In this document: piece after piece, positions 1-12,923 of the stretch
Layout: every line of letters starts with the position of its first letter
Position numbering within the stretch: the stretch's first letter is position 1
Assembly: GCA_963785005.1 (NCBI GenBank)
Contig: CAWATS010000023.1
Span: 229,778 to 293,777, forward strand
Direction: 5' to 3'
DNA: 64,000 nucleotides
Source of the DNA: an uncultured Actinomycetota bacterium
GTDB lineage: Bacteria; Actinomycetota; Actinomycetes; Mycobacteriales; CADCTP01
The notes under the pieces: model-generated
Told to the model about the DNA's origin: nothing
What the model saw: only the letters and a program-made list of their open reading frames with translations
Databases searched by the model: none
Translations under genes and position numbers: made by a program

Positions 1-48
1 GCGGGCGGGGCGGCCGCTGTCGCCCCCGGGCTGTGGAGGCGGCTGACG

Positions 49-321
49 ATGGCTGCGGACGGCGGCTCCGACCGACTGCGGGAGCTGCACGAGGACTACG
101 TGTGGCAGCTGAACTCCGCGGTCGGCGAGGGCCGGGAGGACCTGGTCTGGCAGCTGGTCGACGACTACACCGAGGCCGCGCTGCGGCTGATGGTGGCCGA
201 GTACGGCGCCGGCTGCGCGCGGCCGGGCTGCCCGATGTGCGACCCGACCCGGCGCGCGTCGCCGGCACCGGCGCGGGCCCGGCGGTGGAGGTCGGTGCTG
301 CGCCGCCTCCGGGCCGGGTGA
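49..321 (+). CDS. hypothetical small protein (90 aa)
   Basis: ATG ORF with a non-repetitive, helical-looking N-terminal half (DRLRELHEDYVWQLNSAVGEGREDLVWQLVDDYTEAALRLMV). No family recognised. Convergent with the end of the iol operon. Confidence 0.35.
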   Translation: MAADGGSDRLRELHEDYVWQLNSAVGEGREDLVWQLVDDYTEAALRLMVAEYGAGCARPGCPMCDPTRRASPAPARARRWRSVLRRLRAG

Positions 322-363
322 CGGCGGCCCGCCGGCGGGCCGGGCACCGCCGCACGCCGCCGC

Positions 364-1419
364 TCACGGTCCCGGCCGGGTCGCGGCCGGGACGGCAGCC
401 GAGTAGTCGACCCCGTCGGCCGTCCGCCGCGGCGCCAGCCGGACGAGCTGCCCGGTGCGCCAGCTGCGCTCGGCGGCCCGGGCGAGGTCGAAGGCGGCCA
501 GGGCGTCCGACCCGGTGACCCGCGGCGGCTGGCCGTCGAGGACCGCTCGGGCGAAGGACTCCAGCTCGGCCGCGTACGCCCACGGGAAGCGTTCGGCGAA
601 GTCGCGCACCACCTCGTACGAGGCCAGGCCGGCGGTGCGCCACTCGTAGTGGTGGCGTCGGGACTGGTCGATGCGGACCGTCGCGGACCGCCCGACCAGC
701 TCGGTGGAGCACTCGTAGCCGTAACCGGCCGACCGGCTGTTGTCGATCACGCCCAGCGCGCCGGACTCGAACCGGAGCACCACCACAGCGGTGTCGATGT
801 CGCCCAGCTCCGCGAAGCCGGGATCGGACAGGGCCGCGCCGTGCGCACCGATCTCGACGATCTCCCCCACCAGCCAGCGCGCGGTGTCCAGGTCGTGGAT
901 CGTCACGTCGACGAAGAACCCGCCGGACCCGGCGAGGAACTCGGGCCTCGGCGAGCGCATGTCCCGTAGCGACGTGCGGAAGAGGTAGACGTCGCCGAGC
1001 TCGCCGGCCCGGATCCGCTCGGCCGCGGCCACCCAGTCCGGGTCGAAGCGCCGGTGGAAGCCGACCTGCAGCACCCGTCCGGACCGGCGGACCGCGTCGA
1101 GGGTGGCCACGCTGGCGGCCCGGTCCAGCGACACCGGCTTCTCGCAGAACACGTCCCGGCCCGCCCCCGCCGCGCGGGTGACGAGCTCCGCGTGCGTGGC
1201 GGTCGGCGTCGCCAGCGCGACGGCGTCCACATCGGACAGCAGGTCCTCGTACGAGGGCGCCGCCGGCACGCCAAGCTCGGCGCCGACCCGCGCAGCCACG
1301 CCGGCGTCGGCGTCCGTGACCGCGACCAGGCGGGCGGACGGGCAGCGCCAGGCCAGGTTCGCCGCGTGGATTCGGCCCATCCGGCCGAGCCCGGCCAGCC
1401 CGACCCGCAGCCGCCTCAT
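364..1419 (-). CDS. Gfo/Idh/MocA-family NAD(P)-dependent oxidoreductase (sugar/inositol dehydrogenase paralog, last gene of iol operon)
   Basis: Rossmann N-terminus VGLAGLGRMGRIHAANL, FCEKP motif and a family-typical C-terminal domain. ATG 1419 overlaps the stop of the upstream 20-codon ORF (ATGA). GTG 1425 (track start) is the alternative. Confidence 0.85.
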   Translation of the reverse strand: MRRLRVGLAGLGRMGRIHAANLAWRCPSARLVAVTDADAGVAARVGAELGVPAAPSYEDLLSDVDAVALATPTATHAELVTRAAGAGRDVFCEKPVSLDRAASVATLDAVRRSGRVLQVGFHRRFDPDWVAAAERIRAGELGDVYLFRTSLRDMRSPRPEFLAGSGGFFVDVTIHDLDTARWLVGEIVEIGAHGAALSDPGFAELGDIDTAVVVLRFESGALGVIDNSRSAGYGYECSTELVGRSATVRIDQSRRHHYEWRTAGLASYEVVRDFAERFPWAYAAELESFARAVLDGQPPRVTGSDALAAFDLARAAERSWRTGQLVRLAPRRTADGVDYSAAVPAATRPGP

Positions 1420-1478
1420 CGGCACCCCGTCCCCGGCCCGAGCCCGGCCAGCCCGACCCGCAGCCGGTGCGCCGTCAC
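1416..1478 (-). other. 20-codon relay mini-ORF created by a junction duplication (translation unproven)
   Basis: Its GTG (1478-1476) overlaps the TGA of the upstream TIM-barrel gene (GTGA). It encodes VTAHRLRVGLAGLGPGTGCR. Its TGA (1418-1416) overlaps ATG 1419 (ATGA). It carries the second copy of a 29-nt perfect repeat. Confidence 0.3.
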
Positions 1479-2470
1479 ACCCCGGCCTTGGCCTTCGCCG
1501 CGATCAGCGTCTCGGCGGCCAGCCGGAGTCCCTCTACCGGGTCGAAGGCCTGGTCCTCGTGCTCGATGTTGACCGCCATGTCCGGGTCGACCGCGGCCAG
1601 CGCGGCCAGGAAGCGGGCCCAGAACTCGACGTCGTGCCCGCGGCCCACGTGGACGAACTCCCACGCCGGGTCCTCCGGCCACTTGTTCAGGAAGCTGCGG
1701 CCGCCGAGGTTGAGGGGGTTGGCTGCGGCCGGCACCCGGGTGTGCCGGTCGTCCAGGACGCCGTAGACCTTGCAGCCGTCGTGGATCAGCGTGTCCTTGG
1801 CCGCGGCGTGGAAGACCAGCGGGCCGAGCCACTCGACCGCGGCGACCGGGTCGATGCCCTGCCAGAAGAGGTGGCTCGGGTCCATCTCCGCGCCCACGTG
1901 CGTCGCGGCGGTCCGCTCGACCAGCCGCCGCAGCGTCGGCGGGTTGAAGACGATGTTCTGCGGGTGCATCTCGATGCACACCTTGACCCCGGCGTCCCGG
2001 GCCCGGGCATCGATGTCCCGCCAGAACGGGACGGCCACGTCCCACTGGTAGTCCTGCACGTCGGTGTACTGGCTGTCCCAGGTGTTCACCACCCAGGACG
2101 GGTACGCCGCGCCGGGGTCGGAGCCGGGGACGCCGGACATCGTGACGACCCGGGTCACCCCGAGCAGCCCGGCCACCTCGATCGAGCGGTGCAGGTCGGC
2201 CGCGTGCGCCGGGCCGATGTCGGGCAGCGGGTTGAGCGGGTTGCCGTTGCAGTTCAGCCCGGTCAGCGCGATGCCGGCCTGCTCGAACTGGCCGAGGTAG
2301 TCCTCCCGGGCCCCGGCGCTGGCCAGCAGGTCGTCCATCGGGATGTGCACCGGCGGCAGGAACCCGCCTGAGTTGATCTCGGCGCTGGTCAGCCCCAGCT
2401 CGCCGAGCACCGTCAGCGCCTCCGGCAGCGACCGGTCGTGCAGGACGGCGTTGTACGCACCGAGCCTCAT
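1475..2470 (-). CDS. sugar phosphate isomerase/epimerase (xylose-isomerase-like TIM barrel)
   Basis: This is the last 331 codons of track ORF 1475..3277, whose upstream part is Arg/Pro/Gly junk. ATG 2470 forms an ATGA overlap with the upstream stop. The sequence is TIM-barrel family-like (KVCIEMHPQN, NIEHED). Confidence 0.85.
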   Translation of the reverse strand: MRLGAYNAVLHDRSLPEALTVLGELGLTSAEINSGGFLPPVHIPMDDLLASAGAREDYLGQFEQAGIALTGLNCNGNPLNPLPDIGPAHAADLHRSIEVAGLLGVTRVVTMSGVPGSDPGAAYPSWVVNTWDSQYTDVQDYQWDVAVPFWRDIDARARDAGVKVCIEMHPQNIVFNPPTLRRLVERTAATHVGAEMDPSHLFWQGIDPVAAVEWLGPLVFHAAAKDTLIHDGCKVYGVLDDRHTRVPAAANPLNLGGRSFLNKWPEDPAWEFVHVGRGHDVEFWARFLAALAAVDPDMAVNIEHEDQAFDPVEGLRLAAETLIAAKAKAGV

Positions 2471-3660
2471 GGGGTCTCCTGTCCGATCTGGACGGCGGCG
2501 CCGTCGGCCCGGGCGGAGGCGGTGACGGCCGCCAGGATGCGCAGGTTGTGCAGGCCCTCGGCCAGCGAGGGCATCGACGGCAGGCCGTCGAGACCGGCCA
2601 CCTGGTCCAGGAACGCCCGCGCCTGGTAGACGAAGAAGTCGTTCTGCCCGTGGCCGACGCTCGGGAAGTCCATCGGCAGGCCGCCGGCCAGGTACGGGTG
2701 GGCCGGGCCGACGAGGACCTGGCGGTAGCCGTTCACCGGCCCGGCGGGCGTGTCGTCGGCGATGCTGAACTCGGCCGGCCGGTCCAGGTCGAACTCGGCC
2801 GCCCCGCGCTCGCAGAACAGCTCGAAGGCCAGCTTGTTGGGATGCCCGTACGCGATCCGGGACACCGAGAAGGTGCCGACCGCGCCGCCGGCGAAGGTGG
2901 CCGTGAAGGTGGCGACGTCCTCGTTCTCCACCGGCTCGCGGGTGTCGCCGACCGCGACCCCGCCGGCGTGGCCGACCGCCACGCCCAGCGGCGTCGGCCG
3001 GTCCTTGACCGCGGTGGTGAAGACGGCGCCGCCGACGCTGCGCAGCGCCCCGCAGAAGTACTCGCCGAGGTCGACCAGGTGGCTGCCGATGTCGGCGAGC
3101 GCGCCGGTGCCCGGGCCACCGCGGAAGCGCCAGCTCATCGGCGCGTCCGGCGCGAAGCCGTAGTCGCACCAGTAATGCCCGTTGAAGTGGCCGACCGGGC
3201 CGAGCACGCCGTCGCGGACCTGCTCGCGGATCGCGTTGATGGCCGGCGAGCGGCGGAAGGTCAGCCCGATCGCGCACACCCGGTCCGACGCCGCCGCCGC
3301 GGCCACCATGGACTCCCCGTCAGCGATGCTCGGCGCCAGCGGCTTCTCGCAGAGCACGTGCTTGCCGGCCGCCAGCAGGCCCTCGACCACCTCGCGGTGC
3401 AGCGCGTTGGCCACCGCGACGCTGACCACGTCCACATCGGACGCCGCAGCGACCGCCTGCCAGCTGGTCTCGGCCCGGGCGTAGCCGAAGCGCCGCGCGG
3501 TCTCGGCCGCGAACGGCTCGTACGAGTCGGCGACCGCGACCAGCCGCACCGGAGGCAGGTCGGGACCGAAGACGGTCGAGGCCTGCCGGTAGCCGTTGGC
3601 GTGCGCCCGGCCGACCATGCCGGCGCCGATCACGGCGACCCCGAGGGAGGACCCGGTCAT
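2467..3660 (-). CDS. Gfo/Idh/MocA-family oxidoreductase
   Basis: This is the last 397 codons of ORF 2467..4446. ATG 3660 makes an ATGA overlap with the upstream stop. It has a Rossmann motif VAVIGAGMVGRAHANG and an LCEKP motif. Confidence 0.85.
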   Translation of the reverse strand: MTGSSLGVAVIGAGMVGRAHANGYRQASTVFGPDLPPVRLVAVADSYEPFAAETARRFGYARAETSWQAVAAASDVDVVSVAVANALHREVVEGLLAAGKHVLCEKPLAPSIADGESMVAAAAASDRVCAIGLTFRRSPAINAIREQVRDGVLGPVGHFNGHYWCDYGFAPDAPMSWRFRGGPGTGALADIGSHLVDLGEYFCGALRSVGGAVFTTAVKDRPTPLGVAVGHAGGVAVGDTREPVENEDVATFTATFAGGAVGTFSVSRIAYGHPNKLAFELFCERGAAEFDLDRPAEFSIADDTPAGPVNGYRQVLVGPAHPYLAGGLPMDFPSVGHGQNDFFVYQARAFLDQVAGLDGLPSMPSLAEGLHNLRILAAVTASARADGAAVQIGQETP

Positions 3661-4529
3661 CGGTGCCAGTCCTTCAGGTAGGCCTCGATGCGCTCGCGGT
3701 TGACCCGGCACGACTCCACGGCGCGGTCCTCCCAGGCGAACACGCAGACGGTCATGATGTTCTCCTCGCCGTCGCCGAAGCCGAGCCGACCGAGGGTGCC
3801 GAAGAACTCGTCCCAGTCGACCTCGCCCTGCCCGACGTCCAGGTGCTGGTGCACCCGCGCGGTCGACCCCGGAGGGTTGACGATGTAGCGCAGCCCGGAC
3901 GAGGCGCGGTGGTCGAAGGAGTCGGCCACGTGCAGGTGGGTCAGCAGGTCGCCGGCGTACTGCATGACCCCGGCGATGTCGCCGCCCATGTGGAACGTGT
4001 GCGGTGCGCAGTAGAGGAACGAGACCAGGTCCGAGTCGATGCCGCGGATCATGTCGACGGCGGTGCGGCCGTCCTCGACGAAGTCGTCCGGGTGCGGCTC
4101 GAGTCGCAGCTGGACAGCTTCTCGCTCGAAGACCGGCAGCAGCTCGTCCAGCGACCTCCAGAACTGCGCCTCGCTGCGCGACGCCGCCTCCGGTCGGCCG
4201 TTGAACTCCGAGTTCATCACCCGGCAGTCCAGATCGACGGTCAGCTGGATCGCCCGCTTCCAGTACCGGACCGCCGCCTGCCGCTCGTCCTCGTCCGGCC
4301 CGGACCAGCGGTAGAGCGGAAGGTGGGTGGCGATCCCCACCCCGGCCGCGTCCAACGCGGACCTGAACCTGCGCACCACGTCCCGGTTGGCCCGCGGGTG
4401 CAGGAAGAACGGGGTGAAGTCCTCGCGGGGCGACAGCTCGATCCACTCGTAGCCGAGGTCGGCGACCGCGCCGGGCAGTTCGGTCAGCGGCGTACCACGG
4501 AGCATGTACGGGTCGAGCGCCAGCTTCAT
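3657..4529 (-). CDS. sugar phosphate isomerase/epimerase (xylose-isomerase-like TIM barrel)
   Basis: A 290-aa ORF from an ATG, with family-like motifs (LRLEPHPDDF, HLHVADS). It lies in the iol operon. Confidence 0.85.
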   Translation of the reverse strand: MKLALDPYMLRGTPLTELPGAVADLGYEWIELSPREDFTPFFLHPRANRDVVRRFRSALDAAGVGIATHLPLYRWSGPDEDERQAAVRYWKRAIQLTVDLDCRVMNSEFNGRPEAASRSEAQFWRSLDELLPVFEREAVQLRLEPHPDDFVEDGRTAVDMIRGIDSDLVSFLYCAPHTFHMGGDIAGVMQYAGDLLTHLHVADSFDHRASSGLRYIVNPPGSTARVHQHLDVGQGEVDWDEFFGTLGRLGFGDGEENIMTVCVFAWEDRAVESCRVNRERIEAYLKDWHR

Positions 4530-4539
4530 GTCCGGCTCC

Positions 4540-5547
4540 TCACTTCTCGTACAGCGCGGGTCGCTCGACCAGCGACACCGGCACCCGGCTCCCGGTCCGC
4601 AGTGACTCGAGCGCCGCGTCCGACACCGCCGCCGCGGCGTAGCCGTCCCAGCTGCTCGGGCCGAGCTCGCCGTCCCCGGCGACCGCGTCGATCCACTCCT
4701 GCAGCTCGACGTCGTACGCGCGGACGAACCGCTCCCGCCAGTCGGCGGGTACCCGGTCCGAGGCGAGCCCGTCGAGCCGCACCCGGACCGGGCTCGCCTC
4801 CCCGAGCGAGGCAGTGCCGTTCTCGCCGACCACCTCGCCGCGGATGTCGTAGCCGTAGCGGATGTTCACCGAGATCTCGACGTCGACGAGCACACCACTG
4901 GCCATCTCCAGGAGCAGCAGGAGCGGGTCCTGCAGCTCGGCACCGTTGCGGCTCTTGCGGGGCACGAGCACCGTGGTCGCCGCGATCTCCTCGTCGAACA
5001 TCCACCGCACCATGTCGATCTCGTGCACGGCGGTGTCGGTGATGGCCGACTCCTTCCGGTAGTAGTCGGGCACGCCCTGGTTGCGATGGGTGCAGTGCAT
5101 CAGCAGCGGCAGCCCGATCGATCCGCTGCGGACGACCTCGCGCAGCGCCCGGTAGGCCGCGTCATACCGGCGCATGTAGCCGACCTGCACGAGTCGCCGG
5201 CCGGCGTCGGTCTCCGCGGTGAGGATCCGCCGGCACGCTTCCTGCGTCGCCGCGAGCGGCTTCTCGCAGAACACCGGCTTGCTCGCGGCGATCGCAGCGA
5301 GGACGTACTGCTCGTGCGTCTCGCCCCAGGAGCAGACCACCACCGCGTCGACGCCGGCGTCGGCGACGAGCTCCTCCCCGGTGGGGTGGACCCGCGCGTC
5401 GCGCAGGCCCTCGGCGACGGCCCGCGTCCGGGCGGGGTCGACGTCGGAGACCGCGACGACGTCGACCCCGGACAGGACGCGGGTGAGGCGGCGGATGTGG
5501 TCCTGGCCGATCATGCCGACCCCGATGACGCCGACCCGTACGGTCAT
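4540..5547 (-). CDS. iolG: myo-inositol 2-dehydrogenase (Gfo/Idh/MocA family)
   Basis: A 335-aa ORF with VGVIGVGMIGQDHIRRL Rossmann and FCEKPLA motifs. Its overall pattern matches actinobacterial IolG as I recall it. Operon context supports the call. Confidence 0.8.
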   Translation of the reverse strand: MTVRVGVIGVGMIGQDHIRRLTRVLSGVDVVAVSDVDPARTRAVAEGLRDARVHPTGEELVADAGVDAVVVCSWGETHEQYVLAAIAASKPVFCEKPLAATQEACRRILTAETDAGRRLVQVGYMRRYDAAYRALREVVRSGSIGLPLLMHCTHRNQGVPDYYRKESAITDTAVHEIDMVRWMFDEEIAATTVLVPRKSRNGAELQDPLLLLLEMASGVLVDVEISVNIRYGYDIRGEVVGENGTASLGEASPVRVRLDGLASDRVPADWRERFVRAYDVELQEWIDAVAGDGELGPSSWDGYAAAAVSDAALESLRTGSRVPVSLVERPALYEK

Positions 5548-5556
5548 GCCAGCCTC

Positions 5557-6456
5557 CTATGCGTCGATGCCGACGTCGCGCAGGTAGGCCAGGGTCCGGG
5601 CGGCGACGGGCGCCGGGACGTCGAACTCGACCGGGTACATGTCCTGCTCGACCACCACGAACAGCTCGGCGTCCATGCCGGACAAGGCGTCGACCACCGC
5701 GGGGACGTCCGGCAGGCCCTTCGGCGGCTCGCAGCTCGCGCCCATCGCCACCGCCTGGCCGAAGGCGAGGTCCTCCCGCTCGGCCCGCTCGACCACGTCA
5801 GGATCCATCTGCTTGATGTGCACGTAGCCGATGCGGTCCGGGTACCGGCGGATGATCTCGACGCTGTCCGCCCGCCGGTACGCCAGGTGCCCGGTGTCCA
5901 GGCAGAGGTTGACGTACCTCGGGTCGGTGTCGGCCAGGAACCGCTCGGTCTGCTCCTGGGTCTCCACGTGGCTGTCCGCGTGCGGGTGGAACTGCAGCCG
6001 CAGCCCGTAGTCGTCGGCCACGATCCGGCCGAGCTCGTTCGTGGCGCGGACCAGCGTCGCCCAGGCGTCCGGGGCCAGCTCGGCCGGCTCCAGGTACGCG
6101 CCGGTGGCGTCGTCCCGGTAGCCCGGCACCGGCACGAAGACCAGGTGTCGGCCGCCCACCGCGGCGGTCAGCTCGGCCACCCTGCGGGTCTTGGCCAGGA
6201 TCGCCGGCCAGTCGGCGGACCGGTGCAGCCCGCTCTCCCCGTGCATGGTGCCGCCGGCGACCCTGAGGCCGCGGCGGTCCAGCTCGTCCGAGAGCCGGGC
6301 CGGGTCCGTCGGCAGGTAGCCGTACGGGCCCAGCTCCAGCCACTCGTAGCCGACGCCGGACAGCTCGTCCAGGAACCGCTCCCAGGGGGTCTGCCTCGGG
6401 TCGTGGTCGAACCAGACCCCCCAGGAGTCCGGACAGCTGCCGAGTGCGAGGGTCAC
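5557..6456 (-). CDS. iolE: inosose dehydratase-like TIM-barrel protein
   Basis: 299 codons from GTG 6456, which makes a GTGA overlap with the ABC ATPase stop. It has an IolE-like N-terminus ([11 protein letters not shown]...[14 protein letters not shown]). Context supports it, but assignment among the TIM-barrel paralogs is not certain. Confidence 0.7.
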   Translation of the reverse strand: MTLALGSCPDSWGVWFDHDPRQTPWERFLDELSGVGYEWLELGPYGYLPTDPARLSDELDRRGLRVAGGTMHGESGLHRSADWPAILAKTRRVAELTAAVGGRHLVFVPVPGYRDDATGAYLEPAELAPDAWATLVRATNELGRIVADDYGLRLQFHPHADSHVETQEQTERFLADTDPRYVNLCLDTGHLAYRRADSVEIIRRYPDRIGYVHIKQMDPDVVERAEREDLAFGQAVAMGASCEPPKGLPDVPAVVDALSGMDAELFVVVEQDMYPVEFDVPAPVAARTLAYLRDVGIDA

Positions 6457-7349
6457 TCCCGCGCTCCCGGGCTGCCGGTGATGCCCAGCTCCTTGAGCTC
6501 CTCCTCCAGCTCGTGCGCGGCCTCCGCGGCCGCGCCGCCCACCTGCTCCAGCTCGTGGCTGAGCTCCTCCAGCTCGGCGCCGCCGGCCATCAGGGCGGTG
6601 AGCTCCTCGCGACTGACCTCGCTCTTGGAGTAGTACCCGAGGCTGCGGCCGCGCTTGAGGAGCAGGAAGCGGTCGCCGACCGGGTACGCGTGGTGCGGGT
6701 TGTGGGTGATGAAGATGACGCCCAGCCCGCGCTCCTTGGCCTGCAGGATGTACTTGAGCACCACGCCGGACTGCTTCACGCCGAGCGCCGCGGTGGGCTC
6801 GTCGAGGATGAGCACCTTCGCTCCGAAGTAGACGGCGCGGGCGATGGCCACGCACTGCCGCTCGCCGCCGGACAGCGTGCCGATGGGCTGCTCGACGTCG
6901 CGCAGGTCGATGCCCATGTCGGCGAGCTCCTTCTTGGTGGTCTTCTTCATGAACCCGAGGTCCATGAGGCTGACCGGGCCGATGCCCTTGTGGACCTCGT
7001 TGCCGAGGAAGAAGTTGCGCCACACCGGCATCAGCGGGACCACGGCGAGGTCCTGGTAGACCGTCGCGATGCCGCGGTCGAGCGCCTCCCGCGGGGAGTT
7101 GAACTGCACCGACTCGCCCTCGACCTCGTAGCTGCCCTCGCTGTGCTGGTGCAGCCCGGCGATGATCTTGATGAGGGTGGACTTGCCGGCGCCGTTGTCG
7201 CCCAGCACACAGGTGACCTCGCCCGCGCTGACCTCGAGGCTGACGCCCTGCAGGGCGATGATGCTGCCGTAGTGCTTGCCGGCGTCGACGAGCCGGACCA
7301 GCGGGGTGTCGGTCGTCGGTTCGGTGGTCTCGGTGGTCTCGGTGGTCAT
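6453..7349 (-). CDS. sugar ABC transporter ATP-binding protein
   Basis: 298 codons from ATG 7349 (ATGA overlap). It has Walker [10 protein letters not shown], signature LSGGERQ and Walker [12 protein letters not shown]. Confidence 0.9.
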   Translation of the reverse strand: MTTETTETTEPTTDTPLVRLVDAGKHYGSIIALQGVSLEVSAGEVTCVLGDNGAGKSTLIKIIAGLHQHSEGSYEVEGESVQFNSPREALDRGIATVYQDLAVVPLMPVWRNFFLGNEVHKGIGPVSLMDLGFMKKTTKKELADMGIDLRDVEQPIGTLSGGERQCVAIARAVYFGAKVLILDEPTAALGVKQSGVVLKYILQAKERGLGVIFITHNPHHAYPVGDRFLLLKRGRSLGYYSKSEVSREELTALMAGGAELEELSHELEQVGGAAAEAAHELEEELKELGITGSPGARE

Positions 7350-8404
7350 GCCATTGCCTCCGCCCGCCTGCGGACCCAGCTGTTGAGGAGGATGGCGCCG
7401 AGCAGCAGCGCACCCAGGAAGAAGTAGAACCAGTCCGGGTTCCACCCGGCGTACACGATGCCCTGGTTCGTCATCCCGAAGATGAAGGCGCCGATCGCGG
7501 CGCCGATCACGGAGCCGTACCCGCCGGTGAGCAGGCACCCGCCGACCACCGCGGCGACGATGTAGATGAACTCGTTGCCGAGGCCGATGCCGGACTGCAC
7601 GGTGTTGAACTCGAACAGGATGTGCTGGCCGGTGAACCAGCACATGAAGCCGACCAGCATGAACAGGCCGATCTTGACCCGGTTGACCGGCACGCCCACC
7701 GCCCGCGAGCTGGCCGCCGAGCCGCCGGTGGCGAAGATCCAGTTGCCGAGGTGGGTGCGCAGCAGGACCCACGTCGCCAGGATGACGAAGAGGATCCACC
7801 AGATCAGGGTGATCCGGATGTTGACGTCACCGATCGTGAAGGAGGACGCGAACACCTTCTTCGCCGAGTCGAATCCGTCGATGTTGGACACGTCGTTCGT
7901 GCTGACGTTGCCGGTCACCTCCCGCGTGATCGCCAGGTTGAGCCCGCGCAGCATGAAGAAGGTGCCCAGCGTCACCAGGAAGCTGGGGATGCCGGTCTTC
8001 ACCACCAGGTAGCCGTTGATGAACCCGATCACCAGCGCCAGCACCAGCGACAGGGCGACACCGACCCACATGTTCGTGGTGAACTGGTAGGCGAACATCG
8101 AGGCCATCAGCGCGGAGGCGGTGACAGCCACGCCCGCGGACAGGTCGAACTCGCCGCCGATCATCAGCAGCGAGACCGCGACCGCGGGGATGCCGTAGGT
8201 GGAGCTGACGTACAGGATCGTCGCCAGCGAGCCGGCGTCCCGGAACGGCGGCGCCACCGCGAAGAAGATGACGTAGATGACGATGGCGCCGAGGAGGGCC
8301 CCGACCTCGGGGCGGGTGAGCAGCCGGGACAGCGGGGACCGCCGGGCGACCCGCTCGTCGCGGGCGGGTGGCGGCGCGACGCCGGCTTCGAGCGTCTGAC
8401 TCAT
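7346..8404 (-). CDS. sugar ABC transporter permease (RbsC/AraH-like)
   Basis: ATG 8404 is preceded by GGAGG 6 nt upstream, so the TTG 8416 used by the track is less likely. It has multiple hydrophobic segments and a permease-family sequence. Confidence 0.9.
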   Translation of the reverse strand: MSQTLEAGVAPPPARDERVARRSPLSRLLTRPEVGALLGAIVIYVIFFAVAPPFRDAGSLATILYVSSTYGIPAVAVSLLMIGGEFDLSAGVAVTASALMASMFAYQFTTNMWVGVALSLVLALVIGFINGYLVVKTGIPSFLVTLGTFFMLRGLNLAITREVTGNVSTNDVSNIDGFDSAKKVFASSFTIGDVNIRITLIWWILFVILATWVLLRTHLGNWIFATGGSAASSRAVGVPVNRVKIGLFMLVGFMCWFTGQHILFEFNTVQSGIGLGNEFIYIVAAVVGGCLLTGGYGSVIGAAIGAFIFGMTNQGIVYAGWNPDWFYFFLGALLLGAILLNSWVRRRAEAMA

Positions 8405-8433
8405 GAAGACCTCCAAGTCTCCTGGTGCGGGCC

Positions 8434-8463
8434 GGGGAGCCGCCCGGGCGAGGGCGGCTCCCC
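8434..8463 (-). terminator. intercistronic stem-loop after the binding-protein gene (partial terminator or mRNA stabiliser candidate)
   Basis: A perfect 12-bp stem GGGGAGCCGCCC/GGGCGGCTCCCC with a 6-nt loop. It lies between the SBP stop (8472) and the permease start (8404). Confidence 0.45.
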
Positions 8464-8471
8464 ACCGGGCG

Positions 8472-9473
8472 CTACCGCGTGCCGCCGGCCGCGAACCCGC
8501 CGACGAAGTCGACGTTGTTCTTGTCGACCAGGTACGGGCCGGTCAGCGTGGCCTTGCCGCCACCGAGGACGTTGCCGTTGTTCTTGTAGAGCCAGATCGC
8601 GTCGACGGCGGAGTAGCCCTGCAGGAACGGCTGCTGGTCGATCGCCCAGGCCAGGTCACCGGAGGTGATCTTCGGCGGGATCTGCGGGTTGAAGTCGAAC
8701 GTGCCGACCTTCGCCTTGCCGCCGTTCTCCTTGCTGGCGTCGATCGCGTTCAGCGCGATCGGGGCGCCCAGCGTGACGATGAAGTCGATGCTCGGGTCCT
8801 GCTTGAGCTTCGCGGCGATCGTGGACTTCACCGAGGGCAGGTCCCGGCCGTTGACGTAGAGCTTGTCGTACTGGCCGGCGAAGGTGGACTTGACGCCGTC
8901 GCAGCGGGCCTCCAGCTGCACCTGGCCCTGCTCCTGCACGACGCAGAGCACGTGCTTGTAGCCGTCGTCGGACGCCCGCTGGCCGCCGGTCTGCCCGGCC
9001 ACGCTCTCGTCCGAGCCGAAGTACGCCAGCGCGCCGGAGTCGGAGTACTTGGTGATGCCGGCGTTGAACGCCACCACCGGGATGCCGGCGGCCATCGCCT
9101 TGCGCACCGCGCCCGCGAGCGCGGGCGGGTCGGGCAGGGTCACCGCGATGCCGTCCACCTTGCTGTCGATCGCGCTCTGGATCAGGGTGGCCTGCTTGCC
9201 GGAGTCCGGGTCGGCCGAGTACTTCAGGTCGACGTTGTCCTTGCTCGCCGCGGCCTGGGCACCCTTGCGGATGATGTCCCAGAAGGTGTCGCCGGGCGCG
9301 CCGTGCGTCACCATCGCGACCGTGATCTTGGGCGTGTCCGCGGTGCCGGCACCGATCCCGGCCGCGCTCTCCTCGGCCTCCTTGCCGCCGGAGTCGCTGC
9401 AGGCGGCGGCCGCGAGCATCAGCCCGACCGCCGCGAAGACGGTCATGATCCTCTTCTTCCGGAGTGTGAACAT
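8472..9473 (-). CDS. sugar (inositol?) ABC transporter substrate-binding lipoprotein
   Basis: 333 codons from ATG 9473. It has a signal peptide with a lipobox (LMLAAAAC) and an RbsB-like periplasmic-binding-protein sequence. Confidence 0.9.
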   Translation of the reverse strand: MFTLRKKRIMTVFAAVGLMLAAAACSDSGGKEAEESAAGIGAGTADTPKITVAMVTHGAPGDTFWDIIRKGAQAAASKDNVDLKYSADPDSGKQATLIQSAIDSKVDGIAVTLPDPPALAGAVRKAMAAGIPVVAFNAGITKYSDSGALAYFGSDESVAGQTGGQRASDDGYKHVLCVVQEQGQVQLEARCDGVKSTFAGQYDKLYVNGRDLPSVKSTIAAKLKQDPSIDFIVTLGAPIALNAIDASKENGGKAKVGTFDFNPQIPPKITSGDLAWAIDQQPFLQGYSAVDAIWLYKNNGNVLGGGKATLTGPYLVDKNNVDFVGGFAAGGTR

Positions 9474-9499
9474 GTGCAGCCCCTCTCGGCTCTGCCGCC

Positions 9500-10996
<1,497 letters not shown>

Positions 10997-11012
10997 ACGC
11001 TCACCCTCGCGT

Positions 11013-12919
<1,907 letters not shown>

Positions 12920-12923
<4 letters not shown>

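Noticed and set aside
2471-3277. 5' extensions of many track ORFs (for example 1475..3277, 2467..4446, 5557..7413, 8472..10928, 11013..13778, 14884..17340, 34921..38073, 30263..33184)
   Set aside because: The upstream parts are Arg/Pro/Gly-rich and overlap the preceding real gene in another frame. Family-like sequence begins at an internal ATG/GTG that forms an ATGA/GTGA overlap or has an RBS.
5023-6633. 536-aa plus-strand ORF
   Set aside because: It is antisense to the well-supported iolG/iolE-like genes. Its composition is Arg/Gly/Pro/Asp-rich with no motifs. It is a typical stop-free antisense frame in GC-rich DNA.
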